Shown: one piece after another, positions 40,110 through 50,197 of the stretch | Position numbering within the stretch: the stretch's first letter is position 1 | How the letters are laid out: each line of letters starts with the position of its first letter | Assembly (NCBI GenBank): GCA_963695335.1 | Contig: OY968764.1 | Location: forward strand, 32,001 to 96,000 | Origin: an uncultured bacterium | Lineage (GTDB): Bacteria; Babelota; Babeliae; Babelales; Vermiphilaceae | Length of the DNA: 64,000 bases | Direction of reading: 5' to 3' | Program-made: the position numbers and the translations under genes | Notes under the pieces: model-generated | The model's input: the letters and a program-made list of their open reading frames with translations, nothing else | Told to the model about the DNA's origin: nothing | The model's database searches: none

Positions 40110-41936
40110 TCATACTTCAAAAGCTGCTTCTATCTCTAATTCAGTCAACAATCTTTCACATGCTTTATATGTAACAGAATTTTTATCTAAATCTTGCATA
40201 ACAATCTTGAGCGTCTTTATTTTATCATCAGGTGTTGCATCAGTTTTAATAAATTTTAAGCGATACTCATTCATTTTCTCTTGAATTTGTTTTTCAATAA
40301 TATCTGATGCTAATTCAAATGGCAGAAATACTTTAATGACCTTTTGCACATCGGTAGGCAACGTAAGATACAATTGATAATCAAGATCTTTTGGATCTAA
40401 TATCACTGGTACATTATTAATTTTTGCTAAATAAAGACGATATAAAAAGCGTGCTTGTGCAATATTCAAGTTATTTGCTATATAACTAAGCGCTTGAGGA
40501 TCAATGAATTTCCATAAAATTAAGTTGGCACCTAGCAATCCTGCAACTATATGACGACCATCAGGACTCCATGCTACACAAGCCACACTACTGCTACACT
40601 TTTTAAAAATCTCTATTTTTTTACCAGTTTTACCATCCCATAGAATTAAATGCTCGTCATATGATCCTGATATTATATAATTACCATCAGGACTATATGC
40701 CACACCCTTTACAACAAAAGTATGTCCTTTAAGAGTTTCTATTTTTTTTCTAGTCTTACTATTCCATAAAGTCAAATTATAAACAGCCGCTCCTGAAACT
40801 ATATAATTACCATCAGGACTATATGCTACACAATAAACCTGACCAGCATTACCTTCAAAAGTTTCTATTTCTTCACCAGTCTTACCATTCCATAAAATCA
40901 AATTATGAGTCGACCCTGAAACTATATAATTACCATCAGGACTGTATGCTACACAACGCACCTCATCAATATGTCCTTGAAGAAGCTTTATCTGCTCACC
41001 AGTCTTACTATTCCATAAAATCAAATTATGATCAGCCGATCCTGAAACTATATGATTACCATCAGGACTATATGCCGTGCAAAGTACCGGTCCAGTATGT
41101 CCCTCAAGAGTTTTGATTTTTTCACCAGTCTTACCATTCCATAAAATCAAATTATGATCAGTCGACCCTGAAACTATATAATTACCATCAGGACTGTATG
41201 CTACACAACGCACCTCATCAGTATGTCCTTGAAGAAGCTTTATCTGCTCACCAATCTTACTATTCCATAAAATCAAATTATGATCAGCCGATCCTGAAAC
41301 TATATAATTACCATCAGGACTATATGCCACACAAAAGACATTGTCTTTATGTCCTTTAAGACTTTGATCTTTTTTTAGATCTTTTTTTAAATATTCAACC
41401 ACTGGCGCAATAATACCCGAAGCTTGCTCAACAGCTGCTCCCATCTGTTGTTGCAGTTCTGCGGGAAACATATAACTCATTATTAATGATGCTAAACCTT
41501 GCATTTCCAAGGTAAATGCATCTGCAAGGAGAGATTTTTGTTGAGGCCCAGATAATGAAATATAAAATTCTCGAAATATTTTAAGATTACTTGCCTTACG
41601 CAAAGCCTCTTGAAGTAGCGCCAATTGTTTACTCGTGATCATCGATGCATTAATTGGCTTATCTTTGCTATTGCCACCTTTTTGATGCACAAAAAAGAGT
41701 TGCAGAACTTTTGACTGATCAATCTGCCACTGTGGAACTTCTAGCAACATTCCATCAGATGTTTTTACCCATACAATATCACTTTTGTAGCGCGGCTCAG
41801 ATTGAATGGGTTGTACGCGAATGCGCTTGGATGTTGATTTTTCAGAAATCATTGTATTGATTGGTGTGACCATATACAAAAGAGCTGCCAAAACAACTCC
41901 ACCAACACATGCTTGAAATCTTTTATTATCATTCAT
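40110..41936 (-). CDS. Secreted Skp1/POZ-like + 7 WD40 repeats
   Basis: Seven [22 protein letters not shown]...LILWN units. Confidence 0.9.
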   Translation of the reverse strand: MNDNKRFQACVGGVVLAALLYMVTPINTMISEKSTSKRIRVQPIQSEPRYKSDIVWVKTSDGMLLEVPQWQIDQSKVLQLFFVHQKGGNSKDKPINASMITSKQLALLQEALRKASNLKIFREFYISLSGPQQKSLLADAFTLEMQGLASLIMSYMFPAELQQQMGAAVEQASGIIAPVVEYLKKDLKKDQSLKGHKDNVFCVAYSPDGNYIVSGSADHNLILWNSKIGEQIKLLQGHTDEVRCVAYSPDGNYIVSGSTDHNLILWNGKTGEKIKTLEGHTGPVLCTAYSPDGNHIVSGSADHNLILWNSKTGEQIKLLQGHIDEVRCVAYSPDGNYIVSGSTHNLILWNGKTGEEIETFEGNAGQVYCVAYSPDGNYIVSGAAVYNLTLWNSKTRKKIETLKGHTFVVKGVAYSPDGNYIISGSYDEHLILWDGKTGKKIEIFKKCSSSVACVAWSPDGRHIVAGLLGANLILWKFIDPQALSYIANNLNIAQARFLYRLYLAKINNVPVILDPKDLDYQLYLTLPTDVQKVIKVFLPFELASDIIEKQIQEKMNEYRLKFIKTDATPDDKIKTLKIVMQDLDKNSVTYKACERLLTELEIEAAFEV

Positions 41937-41960
41937 TTCTACCGCCCCCTTTAAAAATTG

Positions 41961-43787
41961 TCATACTTCAAACGCTGCTTCTCTTTCTAATTCAATCAAC
42001 AATCTGTCGCAAGCTTTATAATCAACAGAATTTTTATCCAAATCTTTCATCAAAATCTTAACTGTTTTAATTATGTCAGCAATTGTTGCATCAGTTTTAA
42101 TAAATTTTAAGCGATACTCATTCATTTTCTCTTGAATCTGTTTTTCAATAATATCTGATGCTAATTCAAATGGCAGAAATACTTTAATGACCTTTTGCAC
42201 ATCAGTAGGCAATGTAAGATACAATTGATAATCAAGATCTTTTAAATCTAATATCACTGGTACATTATTAATTTTTGCTAAATAAATACGATATAAAAAG
42301 CGTGCTTGTGCAATATTCAAGTTATTTGCTATATAACTAAGCGCTTGAGGATCAATAAAATTCCATAAAATTAAATTGTCACCTAGCAATCCTGCAACTA
42401 TATGATAACCATCAGGACTCCATGCCACACAAGCCACACTCCTGCTACACTTTTTAAAAATCTCTATTTTTTTACCAGTTTTACCATCCCATAGAATTAA
42501 ATGCTCGTCATATGATCCTGATATTATATAATTACCATCAGGACTATATGCCACACCCTTTATAACAAAAGTATGTCCTTTAAGAGTTTCTATTTTTTTT
42601 CTAGTCTTACTATTCCATAAAATCAAATTATGATTAGCCGCTCCTGAAACTATATAATTACCATCAGGACTATACGCTACACAATAAACCTGACCAGCAT
42701 TACCTTCAAAAGTTTCTATTTCTTCACCAGTCTTACCATTCCATAAAATCAAATTATTCGACCCTGAAACTATATAATTACCATCGGGACTATATACAAC
42801 ACAACGCACCTCATTAGTATGTCCTTTAAGAATCTTAATCTTTTCACCAGTCTTACCATTCCATAAAATCAAATTATTCGACCCTGAAACTATATAATTA
42901 CCATCGGGACTATATGCAACACAACCTACCTCATGAGTATGTCCTTGAAGAATCTTGATCTTTTCACCAGTCTTACCATTCCATAAAATCAAATTATGAT
43001 CAGCCGACCCTGAAACTATATAATTACCATCAGGACTATATGCCACACAAAAGACACTCTTTTTATGTCCTTGAAGAATCTTAATCTTTTCACCAGTCTT
43101 ACCATTCCATAAAGTCAAATTATGATCAGCCGACCCTGAAACTATATAATTACCATCAGGACTATATGCCACACAAAAGACATTCCCTTTATGTCCTTTA
43201 AGAATTTGATCTTTTTTTAGATCTTTTTTTAAATATTCAACCACTGGCGCAATAATGCCAGAAGCTTGCTTAACAGTTGCTCCTATCTGCTGTTGCAGTT
43301 CTTTTGGAAAGAAATACCCCATCAATAAAGATATTAAACCTTGCATTTCCAACTTTGATGCACTATTAATAAGATTTTCTTTTTGATCTTCTGGAAGGCC
43401 AGCATAAAATTCTCTAAAATCTTCAAGATTATTGGTGAGATTTAAAGCCTTTTGCACTAACGCTAGCTCATCACTTGTTATCATTGATGCATCAATGGGA
43501 TTATCTTTGCTATTACTACCTTTTTGATGCACAAACATAATCTGCAACACCTTTGACTGATTAATTTGCCACTGTGGAATTTCTAGTAACATTTCATCAG
43601 ATGTCTCTACCCATAGAACTTCATTTTTATATTGATCTGATGTGCTTTCTGTATCCTGTACAGAAGAAGGCAAGAAAGGTTCTGGCTCACGAAGTCGCTT
43701 CATTGTATTAACTGGCATAACCATGTACAAAAGAGCTGCCAAAACAACTCCACCAACACATGCTTGAAATCTTTTACTATACTTCAT
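41961..43787 (-). CDS. Secreted Skp1/POZ-like + 7 WD40 repeats (close paralog)
   Basis: As above; C-terminal half nearly identical in DNA to 40110-41936. Confidence 0.9.
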   Translation of the reverse strand: MKYSKRFQACVGGVVLAALLYMVMPVNTMKRLREPEPFLPSSVQDTESTSDQYKNEVLWVETSDEMLLEIPQWQINQSKVLQIMFVHQKGSNSKDNPIDASMITSDELALVQKALNLTNNLEDFREFYAGLPEDQKENLINSASKLEMQGLISLLMGYFFPKELQQQIGATVKQASGIIAPVVEYLKKDLKKDQILKGHKGNVFCVAYSPDGNYIVSGSADHNLTLWNGKTGEKIKILQGHKKSVFCVAYSPDGNYIVSGSADHNLILWNGKTGEKIKILQGHTHEVGCVAYSPDGNYIVSGSNNLILWNGKTGEKIKILKGHTNEVRCVVYSPDGNYIVSGSNNLILWNGKTGEEIETFEGNAGQVYCVAYSPDGNYIVSGAANHNLILWNSKTRKKIETLKGHTFVIKGVAYSPDGNYIISGSYDEHLILWDGKTGKKIEIFKKCSRSVACVAWSPDGYHIVAGLLGDNLILWNFIDPQALSYIANNLNIAQARFLYRIYLAKINNVPVILDLKDLDYQLYLTLPTDVQKVIKVFLPFELASDIIEKQIQEKMNEYRLKFIKTDATIADIIKTVKILMKDLDKNSVDYKACDRLLIELEREAAFEV

Positions 43788-43973
43788 TATATTTTCCCCC
43801 ATATTTGTAAAAACCCTATAAATCCAGAGTATTAAAATTACAATTAAAAAATAAAGAGTTTGCTTGTTTCATCTCTTGCGTCTGCATTTTTATTCTGTTA
43901 AGCTATTGGTGTTTATCGTTTATACCTTATAAACGGTGTTGGAAATCTGTTTATTTTTACTAAAGTGATGTCT

Positions 43974-44306
43974 ATGAACATTTATGTTGGAAATCTCTCT
44001 TACACATCTACAGAAAATTCATTAAGAACTCTTTTCGAAACTTACGGCGCGGTAACAACAACTAAAATTGTTACTGACAAATTCACTGGGTCATCCCGTG
44101 GTTTTGGTTTTGTTGAAATGCCAAACAACGATGAAGGTCAAAGAGCTATTGATGAACTTAATGGCAAAGAATATGAAGGCCGTAAAATAGTTGTTAACGA
44201 ATCTCGCCCACGTGAAGACAATGGCGGCAGCCGCGGTCCTCGCCGTGATGGTCATGGCGGTGGTGGCTACAACCGCGATGGTGGCGGCAGAAACTCTCGC
44301 TACTAA
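43974..44306 (+). CDS. RRM RNA-binding protein with Gly/Arg tail
   Basis: RNP2 IYVGNL, RNP1 RGFGFVEM. Confidence 0.95.
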   Translation: MNIYVGNLSYTSTENSLRTLFETYGAVTTTKIVTDKFTGSSRGFGFVEMPNNDEGQRAIDELNGKEYEGRKIVVNESRPREDNGGSRGPRRDGHGGGGYNRDGGGRNSRY

Positions 44307-44324
44307 AATTAAGCTTAGCTCGCT

Positions 44325-44379
44325 ACCCTTCGATACATTCTACTACGCTGAAGCTTCGTAGAACACTCAGGGCGAGCGG
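44325..44379. repeat. REP-like element, long variant
   Basis: ACCCTTCGATACATTCTACTACG...CGTAGAACACTCAGGGCGAGCGG; inverse copies at 49588 and 55466. Confidence 0.8.
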
Positions 44380-44555
44380 ATATAGGCAAAAACTAAAAAT
44401 TGAGGGCTTATACGCATAGTATGAGCCCTTATCCATATCCAAAATAAACCTTGCCTAGACCATTTTCTTCTGCTAGACTGTTAAAAGTAATAAATATTTA
44501 TTGGCCAATAAATGTTATCGGTAATTGTTTTTATTTTTACAAGAGTGATTTTTTT

Positions 44556-44888
44556 ATGAATATTTATCTCGGAAATCTTCCTTATTCAGCAACTGAAGCT
44601 TCAATCAGAGACCTTTTTGAAGGTTTTGGTTCAGTAACAACAACTAAAATTGTAACTGACAAATTCACAGGCGCATCTCGTGGTTTTGGTTTTGTTGAAA
44701 TGCCAAATGATGACGAAGCTCAAAAAGCTATCGCTGAATTAAACGGCAAAGAATTTCAAGGCCGTAAATTGGTTGTTAACGAATCTCGTCCACGTGAAAA
44801 CACTGGTGGTTTTAGCAATAACAACTCCCGTGGTCCACGTCGCGAAGGTGGTTTCAGCCGTGATGGTGGAAGAAATTCTCGCTACTAA
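44556..44888 (+). CDS. RRM RNA-binding protein, tandem paralog
   Basis: IYLGNL, RGFGFVEM, ends GGRNSRY like its neighbour. Confidence 0.95.
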   Translation: MNIYLGNLPYSATEASIRDLFEGFGSVTTTKIVTDKFTGASRGFGFVEMPNDDEAQKAIAELNGKEFQGRKLVVNESRPRENTGGFSNNNSRGPRREGGFSRDGGRNSRY

Positions 44889-44911
44889 TTCTTAGTAGAT
44901 TATGAATTTAG

Positions 44912-44946
44912 AAAAGAGCTGTGTGAAAACACGGCTCTTTTTTTTT
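44912..44946 (+). terminator. Intrinsic terminator
   Basis: AAAAGAGCTGTG/CACGGCTCTTTT followed by a T run. Confidence 0.8.
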
Positions 44947-45296
44947 GACCCCAATCTTCATTTCATTCCAATTGGGGACCCCGTTATAAGAATTTAAAGC
45001 ACGAGACTCTGGCCTATTTATCTAGATTTATTGACTTATTCACCACACAATTCTTATTATCTCCTTAACTTAAAATAAATTCCTACACATTCCGTCTGAT
45101 GACTTAGGCTATGAATTCTTATGAAATAGACTGCGGTCTGAAGTAGGAATGATCCAAGGAATCCAAGGGAACCATTGGTGTACGGGGTGTGGGGTGTTTA
45201 CAAAAACACCCCACGTAATCAACCGTAACGGAGTGAAGGTTTTTCTAGGGTCCCCAGCGGTACAAGCTGGGGATTAAAAAAATAAAAAAGAGTCAT

Positions 45297-46598
45297 ATGA
45301 AAAAAAAACTTTCTTTTATGCGCTCAAAGATATCCTTCAACAGTTTCCGACTTCGCCAAGGCTTCGTCGGACGCGGCAGGACGAGCGCAGGAATAATCGT
45401 CATTTCCATTATAATCATCATCACCATCCTCTGGTACTTATCTTCCCCTCTCTCCTCTTCAAAAACAATAAAAGTCGGCATCCTCCATTCCCTCACTGGC
45501 AACCTGGCCATCAGTGAAAAACCTGTAGCAAACGCAACTCTCCTTGCAATTAAAGAAATTAATCAAAACGGTGGAATTTTAAATAAACAAATTGAACCAA
45601 TTCTTGTTGACTGCAAATCTGATGAACATATTTTTGCACAAGAAGCAGAACGTCTTATCACACAAGAAAACGTGGTTGCACTTTTTGGATGCTGGACATC
45701 TCCAAGCAGAATTGCAGTAAAAGATGTTGTAGAAAAATATAATTCACTTCTTTTTTATCCAGTGCAATTTGAAGGCATTGAAAATTCACAACATATTGTG
45801 TATGCAAGCACAACACCAAATCAACAAATTATTCCTGGTATCACGTGGTGTATGCAGCATCTTGGTAAAAAGTTCTTTCTTGTTGGTTCTGATCTTTTAT
45901 TGCATGAAATAATGAAAGATGTTATTCATGCATATGATGGAACTGTGGTTGGTGAGGCATATTTTGCTCTGAACAATACGCACGTTGACGATATTATAGA
46001 AAAAATCATCAACGCAAAGCCTGATATTATTTTAAATAATATTGAAGGTGAACCGAATATCACATTCTTTAATGCATTACGTGCACAAGGAATTACACCG
46101 GAAAAAATACCTACCATGTCATTTTCAGTATCAGAGCCAGAACTAAAAGTTTTTAAAACAGATTCTATGACCGGTGATTATGCAACATGGAGTTATTTTG
46201 AAAGCATTGATAATCCTGAAAACAAAGCATTTATCAAAAAAGTACAACAAACGTATGGTAATGATCACGGAACAAGCGATGCTATGGAAGCTGCCTATTA
46301 CAGCGTTTATTTATGGAAACAAGCAATAGAAAAAGCACAATCAACTAATACAGATCTTGTTATTCCTGCCCTCAACAACCAAGCATTTGATGCTCCACAA
46401 GGCCTTATTCATATTACAGAAAAATTACTCGGTGCATGGCAATTTTTCCGCGTTGGAAAAATACGATCCGATAAACAGTTTACTATTTTGTGGAGTTCTG
46501 AAAAAGCCATCAGGCCTTTGGCATATCCTCCTACAAGAACAGTGAGTGAGTGGGCGATAGCTCGCGCAAATATAGATAAAAAAGAGAATAAAAAATGA
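45297..46598 (+). CDS. Urea/short-chain amide substrate-binding protein (UrtA/FmdD/AmiC-like)
   Basis: IKVGILHSLTG..AISE, LFGCWTS.SR, LLFYPVQFEG.E, PNQQ, FFLVGSD. Confidence 0.9.
   Translation: MKKKLSFMRSKISFNSFRLRQGFVGRGRTSAGIIVISIIIIITILWYLSSPLSSSKTIKVGILHSLTGNLAISEKPVANATLLAIKEINQNGGILNKQIEPILVDCKSDEHIFAQEAERLITQENVVALFGCWTSPSRIAVKDVVEKYNSLLFYPVQFEGIENSQHIVYASTTPNQQIIPGITWCMQHLGKKFFLVGSDLLLHEIMKDVIHAYDGTVVGEAYFALNNTHVDDIIEKIINAKPDIILNNIEGEPNITFFNALRAQGITPEKIPTMSFSVSEPELKVFKTDSMTGDYATWSYFESIDNPENKAFIKKVQQTYGNDHGTSDAMEAAYYSVYLWKQAIEKAQSTNTDLVIPALNNQAFDAPQGLIHITEKLLGAWQFFRVGKIRSDKQFTILWSSEKAIRPLAYPPTRTVSEWAIARANIDKKENKK
45320..45388. repeat. 69-nt REP-like element inserted in frame in the N-terminal signal/anchor of the binding protein
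   Basis: GCGCTCAAAGATATCCTTCAACAG[hairpin]CAGGACGAGCGC; its removal restores MKKKLSFIGIIVISIIII. Confidence 0.85.
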
Positions 46599-49561
46599 TG
46601 TTAATCAAAAAAACTGTTGGTTACGCAACACCCCTATTTTTTATTGTGGCAATCGGGGCTTTTGGCCTCTATAATTATATCTATTTTTCTAGCATTCCAG
46701 CATACCAAAACAGATTAACTGAAATGGTGCATCAGCGCACTCAAGACATTCATGATTATCTCAACGAACAAGAAAAAAATGCCATAGAACTCGCATCAAA
46801 CTTCACTCCAACTCAAACATTACTCACAACACACAAAGAAAATATGGGATTTAAAAACATATTTTTTATTGATAAAGATGGCATCATTACATTCTCAACA
46901 ACGCAAAAAAATATTATTGGCACCAACGTACATCAACTGACAGATTCATCATTGCGCAAGTCATATGAACGTGCTTCCATGTCTCTCACCAATGATTATT
47001 CAGATTTTGCATACAGCGAACTGCTGCAAGAGCCAGCGCTGTTTATAACCATTCCCATTTTAAAAAATAAAAAATATATTGGTGCACTTGCATATCAACT
47101 GAATCAAGAAAAAATATATATGATAACCAATCAATATATTGGTTTGGGAAAAACAGGTGAAGCGATATTAGCTAAAAAAGAAGACACTCATATTGTATTT
47201 CTTGCACCTTCCCGCAATGATCCTGATTTAGCATTTAAAAAACGAACAATGTCATCAGATAAACCTCTTGCAATTCAAGCAAGCATCACTGGTCATAATG
47301 GATCAGGCATAGCAACAGATTATCGTGATACAAAAATTATTGGTGCATGGAGCTTTATTCCCAAACTTGATTGGGGAATGATTATCAAAATTGATCAAGA
47401 TGAAATCATGCAAACAGCGAACAAAGTGTATAACTTATTCTTGCTACTCATGATTATTTTTATACTGAGCTTACTTGTAAGCATATATGTTTTCTATCCA
47501 CAATTAGATCGCATCATAACAAAGATTAATCACAAAAAGCCGCTCAATAAAATTCCTGCACTGCTCAAACATCCACTCTTTATTTTACTCTTACTTTTTG
47601 CTGGCTTAACCATAAAAAACAGTGTTCAATATAAAAAAAATAGTTTAAACAGCATCGATTCTGCAAAAAAACTGGCAATCAAAAACGTCTCAGAAAATTG
47701 TGACACTATTGAAACAACAGTCAAAAAAATAGCATTCATTGCACAATCAATTGCTGATGATTTGCGCACGCACTATCTTAAACATGATGATATTGATACT
47801 CGTATCAAACGCGATCTTGCAGAAAATAGCATTCTCACCGGTATTGATATTTATTACGAAAAGCAATTGCACTCCACTCATCAAACAGCTGATGCTCAAA
47901 ATATCGTTAAACCTGCGTGGTATGACCACGCAATAAAAAACGGCTCTGTGTGGTTAATTAATCCAGATACAAAAAATGACAAAAAAAGAACAGCAACATA
48001 CGCGCTTGCAATCCACAATAAAGACAATAAACAACAAGGCGTTATTGCCCTCACCTTCTCTCTTAAAAAAATTACCAATCTTGCAGAATATAGCGGAGTT
48101 GGGCAAACAGGGTACGGTATTATCATGAGTGATAATGGTACTTTTATTTTTCACCCTCTTACCAACTTAGTGAACACACAAACTACTCTTTTACAATATG
48201 CACAATCACAAGGTAATGAAGAACTTGCAACAATCGCAAACAAAGTCTTAGATAAAAAACCGGTCATGGCATCATACAGATCAAAAGCAACACAGGAAAC
48301 TATGTGGATCTATACACAACCAATTGCAATCAATAACTGGATCATTGGAACAACTTTTGCAGAAAATGAAATCTGTCTTCCACCACAAACTGCGCGCCAC
48401 GATTATTTCTGGATACTCATGTGGACAACCATAACATTGCTTCTTTTTGGTGCATTGTTGTGGAGATATGCATTCCTTTCACTGTTTTATTATGGAGTAA
48501 TCGCCAATGCAATACTGCTCCTGGCACTCATCAGTTCATGGAATATTATTAAACAAACAACAACAGTTAATAGAGAATCTCGCACAATTATTACTGATCA
48601 ATCAGCTCTTAACAAATTTTTAAATGATCTTAATGAAGAAGCTGCTCGTAAACATGAACCAGCACCTATCAATATTCCGTCCGGAATTCTTTTATATTCA
48701 CTGAGCAACACAGGTCCTGATAATGTCACGATTTCTGGTTATTTATGGAATAAATATAATACAAAAACTGATGCAAACATTATTCGTGGTATGGATCTTC
48801 CACAAGCAACACGCATGATATATGGAACACCAATTTTTTCACAATCAGGCGACACAGAAACATCAACATGGAATATCCAAGGAGTTATGTATCAAGAACA
48901 AAAATATGAAAAATTCCCGTTTGATCAACAACAGTTGCGCATTATGTTTGAACACAAAGATATTGAAAAAAATATCATTCTCACCCCAGATTTAGTTGCA
49001 TATAAAACAATCAGCCCTGAATCAACTCCAGGTTTAAGCAAAGAATTTTCACTTTCTGGCTTTACTATTGAACAAGCATTTTTTGAATATCAAAAAGTTG
49101 AACCAAAAGCTGATTTTGGTCTTAAAGGCTACGGAAAAGTAACTGACAATTATTATCTTGTGTACAATGCAATCATCACGCGTAATTTACTCAATCCATT
49201 CGTGATTTATTTATTACCACTGCTTGTTATTCTCTTTACGCTGTTCACTACACTTTTGGTTATCAAAAGATCAAGCTCTGCGCTTTCTATTTTGGGTGCT
49301 TATTCAGGTCTCTTTTTTGCACTCATTGTATTGCAGCGATCAATGCGTGAGCAATATCCATCCGGCAGCACATTGTATCTGGAATATGCATTCTTTTACA
49401 CCTATATCACTATTATACTGCTCATTCTGCATACCATTTTAATGTACTACTATAACCACTGGGATAAATATCAAAATAGATCACTCTATCTTATGAGAAT
49501 TTTATTCTGGCCATTCCAGTGGATAACATGGCTTATCACAACAATCATTATTTTTTATTAG
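46595..49561 (+). CDS. Membrane protein with two Cache-like sensor modules fused to a pentameric ligand-gated ion channel-like domain
   Basis: Cache motifs (FFIDKDG.I.FST, GLGKTGEAIL, DYR..KIIGAW; GQTGYGIIMS..GTFIFHP); Pro-loop YEKFPFDQQQL, then R..YLLPLLVI (M1) and three more TM helices. Confidence 0.75.
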   Translation: MMLIKKTVGYATPLFFIVAIGAFGLYNYIYFSSIPAYQNRLTEMVHQRTQDIHDYLNEQEKNAIELASNFTPTQTLLTTHKENMGFKNIFFIDKDGIITFSTTQKNIIGTNVHQLTDSSLRKSYERASMSLTNDYSDFAYSELLQEPALFITIPILKNKKYIGALAYQLNQEKIYMITNQYIGLGKTGEAILAKKEDTHIVFLAPSRNDPDLAFKKRTMSSDKPLAIQASITGHNGSGIATDYRDTKIIGAWSFIPKLDWGMIIKIDQDEIMQTANKVYNLFLLLMIIFILSLLVSIYVFYPQLDRIITKINHKKPLNKIPALLKHPLFILLLLFAGLTIKNSVQYKKNSLNSIDSAKKLAIKNVSENCDTIETTVKKIAFIAQSIADDLRTHYLKHDDIDTRIKRDLAENSILTGIDIYYEKQLHSTHQTADAQNIVKPAWYDHAIKNGSVWLINPDTKNDKKRTATYALAIHNKDNKQQGVIALTFSLKKITNLAEYSGVGQTGYGIIMSDNGTFIFHPLTNLVNTQTTLLQYAQSQGNEELATIANKVLDKKPVMASYRSKATQETMWIYTQPIAINNWIIGTTFAENEICLPPQTARHDYFWILMWTTITLLLFGALLWRYAFLSLFYYGVIANAILLLALISSWNIIKQTTTVNRESRTIITDQSALNKFLNDLNEEAARKHEPAPINIPSGILLYSLSNTGPDNVTISGYLWNKYNTKTDANIIRGMDLPQATRMIYGTPIFSQSGDTETSTWNIQGVMYQEQKYEKFPFDQQQLRIMFEHKDIEKNIILTPDLVAYKTISPESTPGLSKEFSLSGFTIEQAFFEYQKVEPKADFGLKGYGKVTDNYYLVYNAIITRNLLNPFVIYLLPLLVILFTLFTTLLVIKRSSSALSILGAYSGLFFALIVLQRSMREQYPSGSTLYLEYAFFYTYITIILLILHTILMYYYNHWDKYQNRSLYLMRILFWPFQWITWLITTIIIFY

Positions 49562-49587
49562 GAACTACAAAAACTAAATTTTTTACC

Positions 49588-49643
49588 CCGCTCGCCCTGA
49601 GTGTTTTACGAAGTGAAACGTAGTAAAATGTATCGAAGGGTGC
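49588..49643. repeat. REP-like element, long variant
   Basis: CCGCTCGCCCTGAGTGTTTTACG...GTAAAATGTATCGAAGGGTGC. Confidence 0.8.
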
Positions 49644-49662
49644 AACATACAAAGGAATTTTC

Positions 49663-50157
49663 ATGACGAAAAAACATATCACAACAATCGCGCTCATCAG
49701 CGCACTCATATTCAGCACACCCAATTTTGCAGCAAAAGATAATCCAGCAACTTCTATGCTTATGAGCAACTGGAACCGCGCACGTACTTGGTCAAACAAT
49801 TTTTATTATAGATGCCAGCATGTGGGCATATTAGCAACAATATACGCAAGCTTTGGCATATATGATTTCAACAAAATTACAGGACTGGATGAAGATAAGT
49901 TAAACAGCTACAGTTCCAGCGAACTCAAAAACGCCACCAATCGCGTTGAAACAATGATTAAATATGGTGCATGGACGGAAAAACTTAATCAATTTTTTAT
50001 GCAACTGCAAGGTAAATACTTAGAAGCTTTGCATAAGGAAGAAGCAGCCATCGCTGAAAAAAAAGAAAAAAAAGAACTCGAACAATCTTATGATGAAAAA
50101 AAAGTTGCTCAAGAAATAGAACAAATGATGCGGGCTGCGCAACAAAAAAAGAAGTAA
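49663..50157 (+). CDS. Hypothetical secreted protein (164 aa)
   Basis: AAAGGA RBS, signal peptide, C-terminal charged coiled coil. Confidence 0.75.
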   Translation: MTKKHITTIALISALIFSTPNFAAKDNPATSMLMSNWNRARTWSNNFYYRCQHVGILATIYASFGIYDFNKITGLDEDKLNSYSSSELKNATNRVETMIKYGAWTEKLNQFFMQLQGKYLEALHKEEAAIAEKKEKKELEQSYDEKKVAQEIEQMMRAAQQKKK

Positions 50158-50197
50158 GCTTAAATATTTAATCAATATATTTTAATTTTTCTCTTTT

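Noticed and set aside
40500..43210. Diversity-generating retroelement or CRISPR-like array
   Set aside because: The repeats are in-frame WD40 coding units without unique spacers; no reverse transcriptase or cas gene in the window
45088..45150. Hammerhead ribozyme (CTGATGA...GAAA)
   Set aside because: No convincing stem II between the core motifs and no UH cleavage triplet after the stem following GAAA
45238..45296. Guanidine-I (ykkC) riboswitch suggested by TTTTCTAGGGT upstream of a urea-type binding protein
   Set aside because: The downstream conserved elements (GTCCGAG, ACGG.GGGA..AAAGCCCG) are absent
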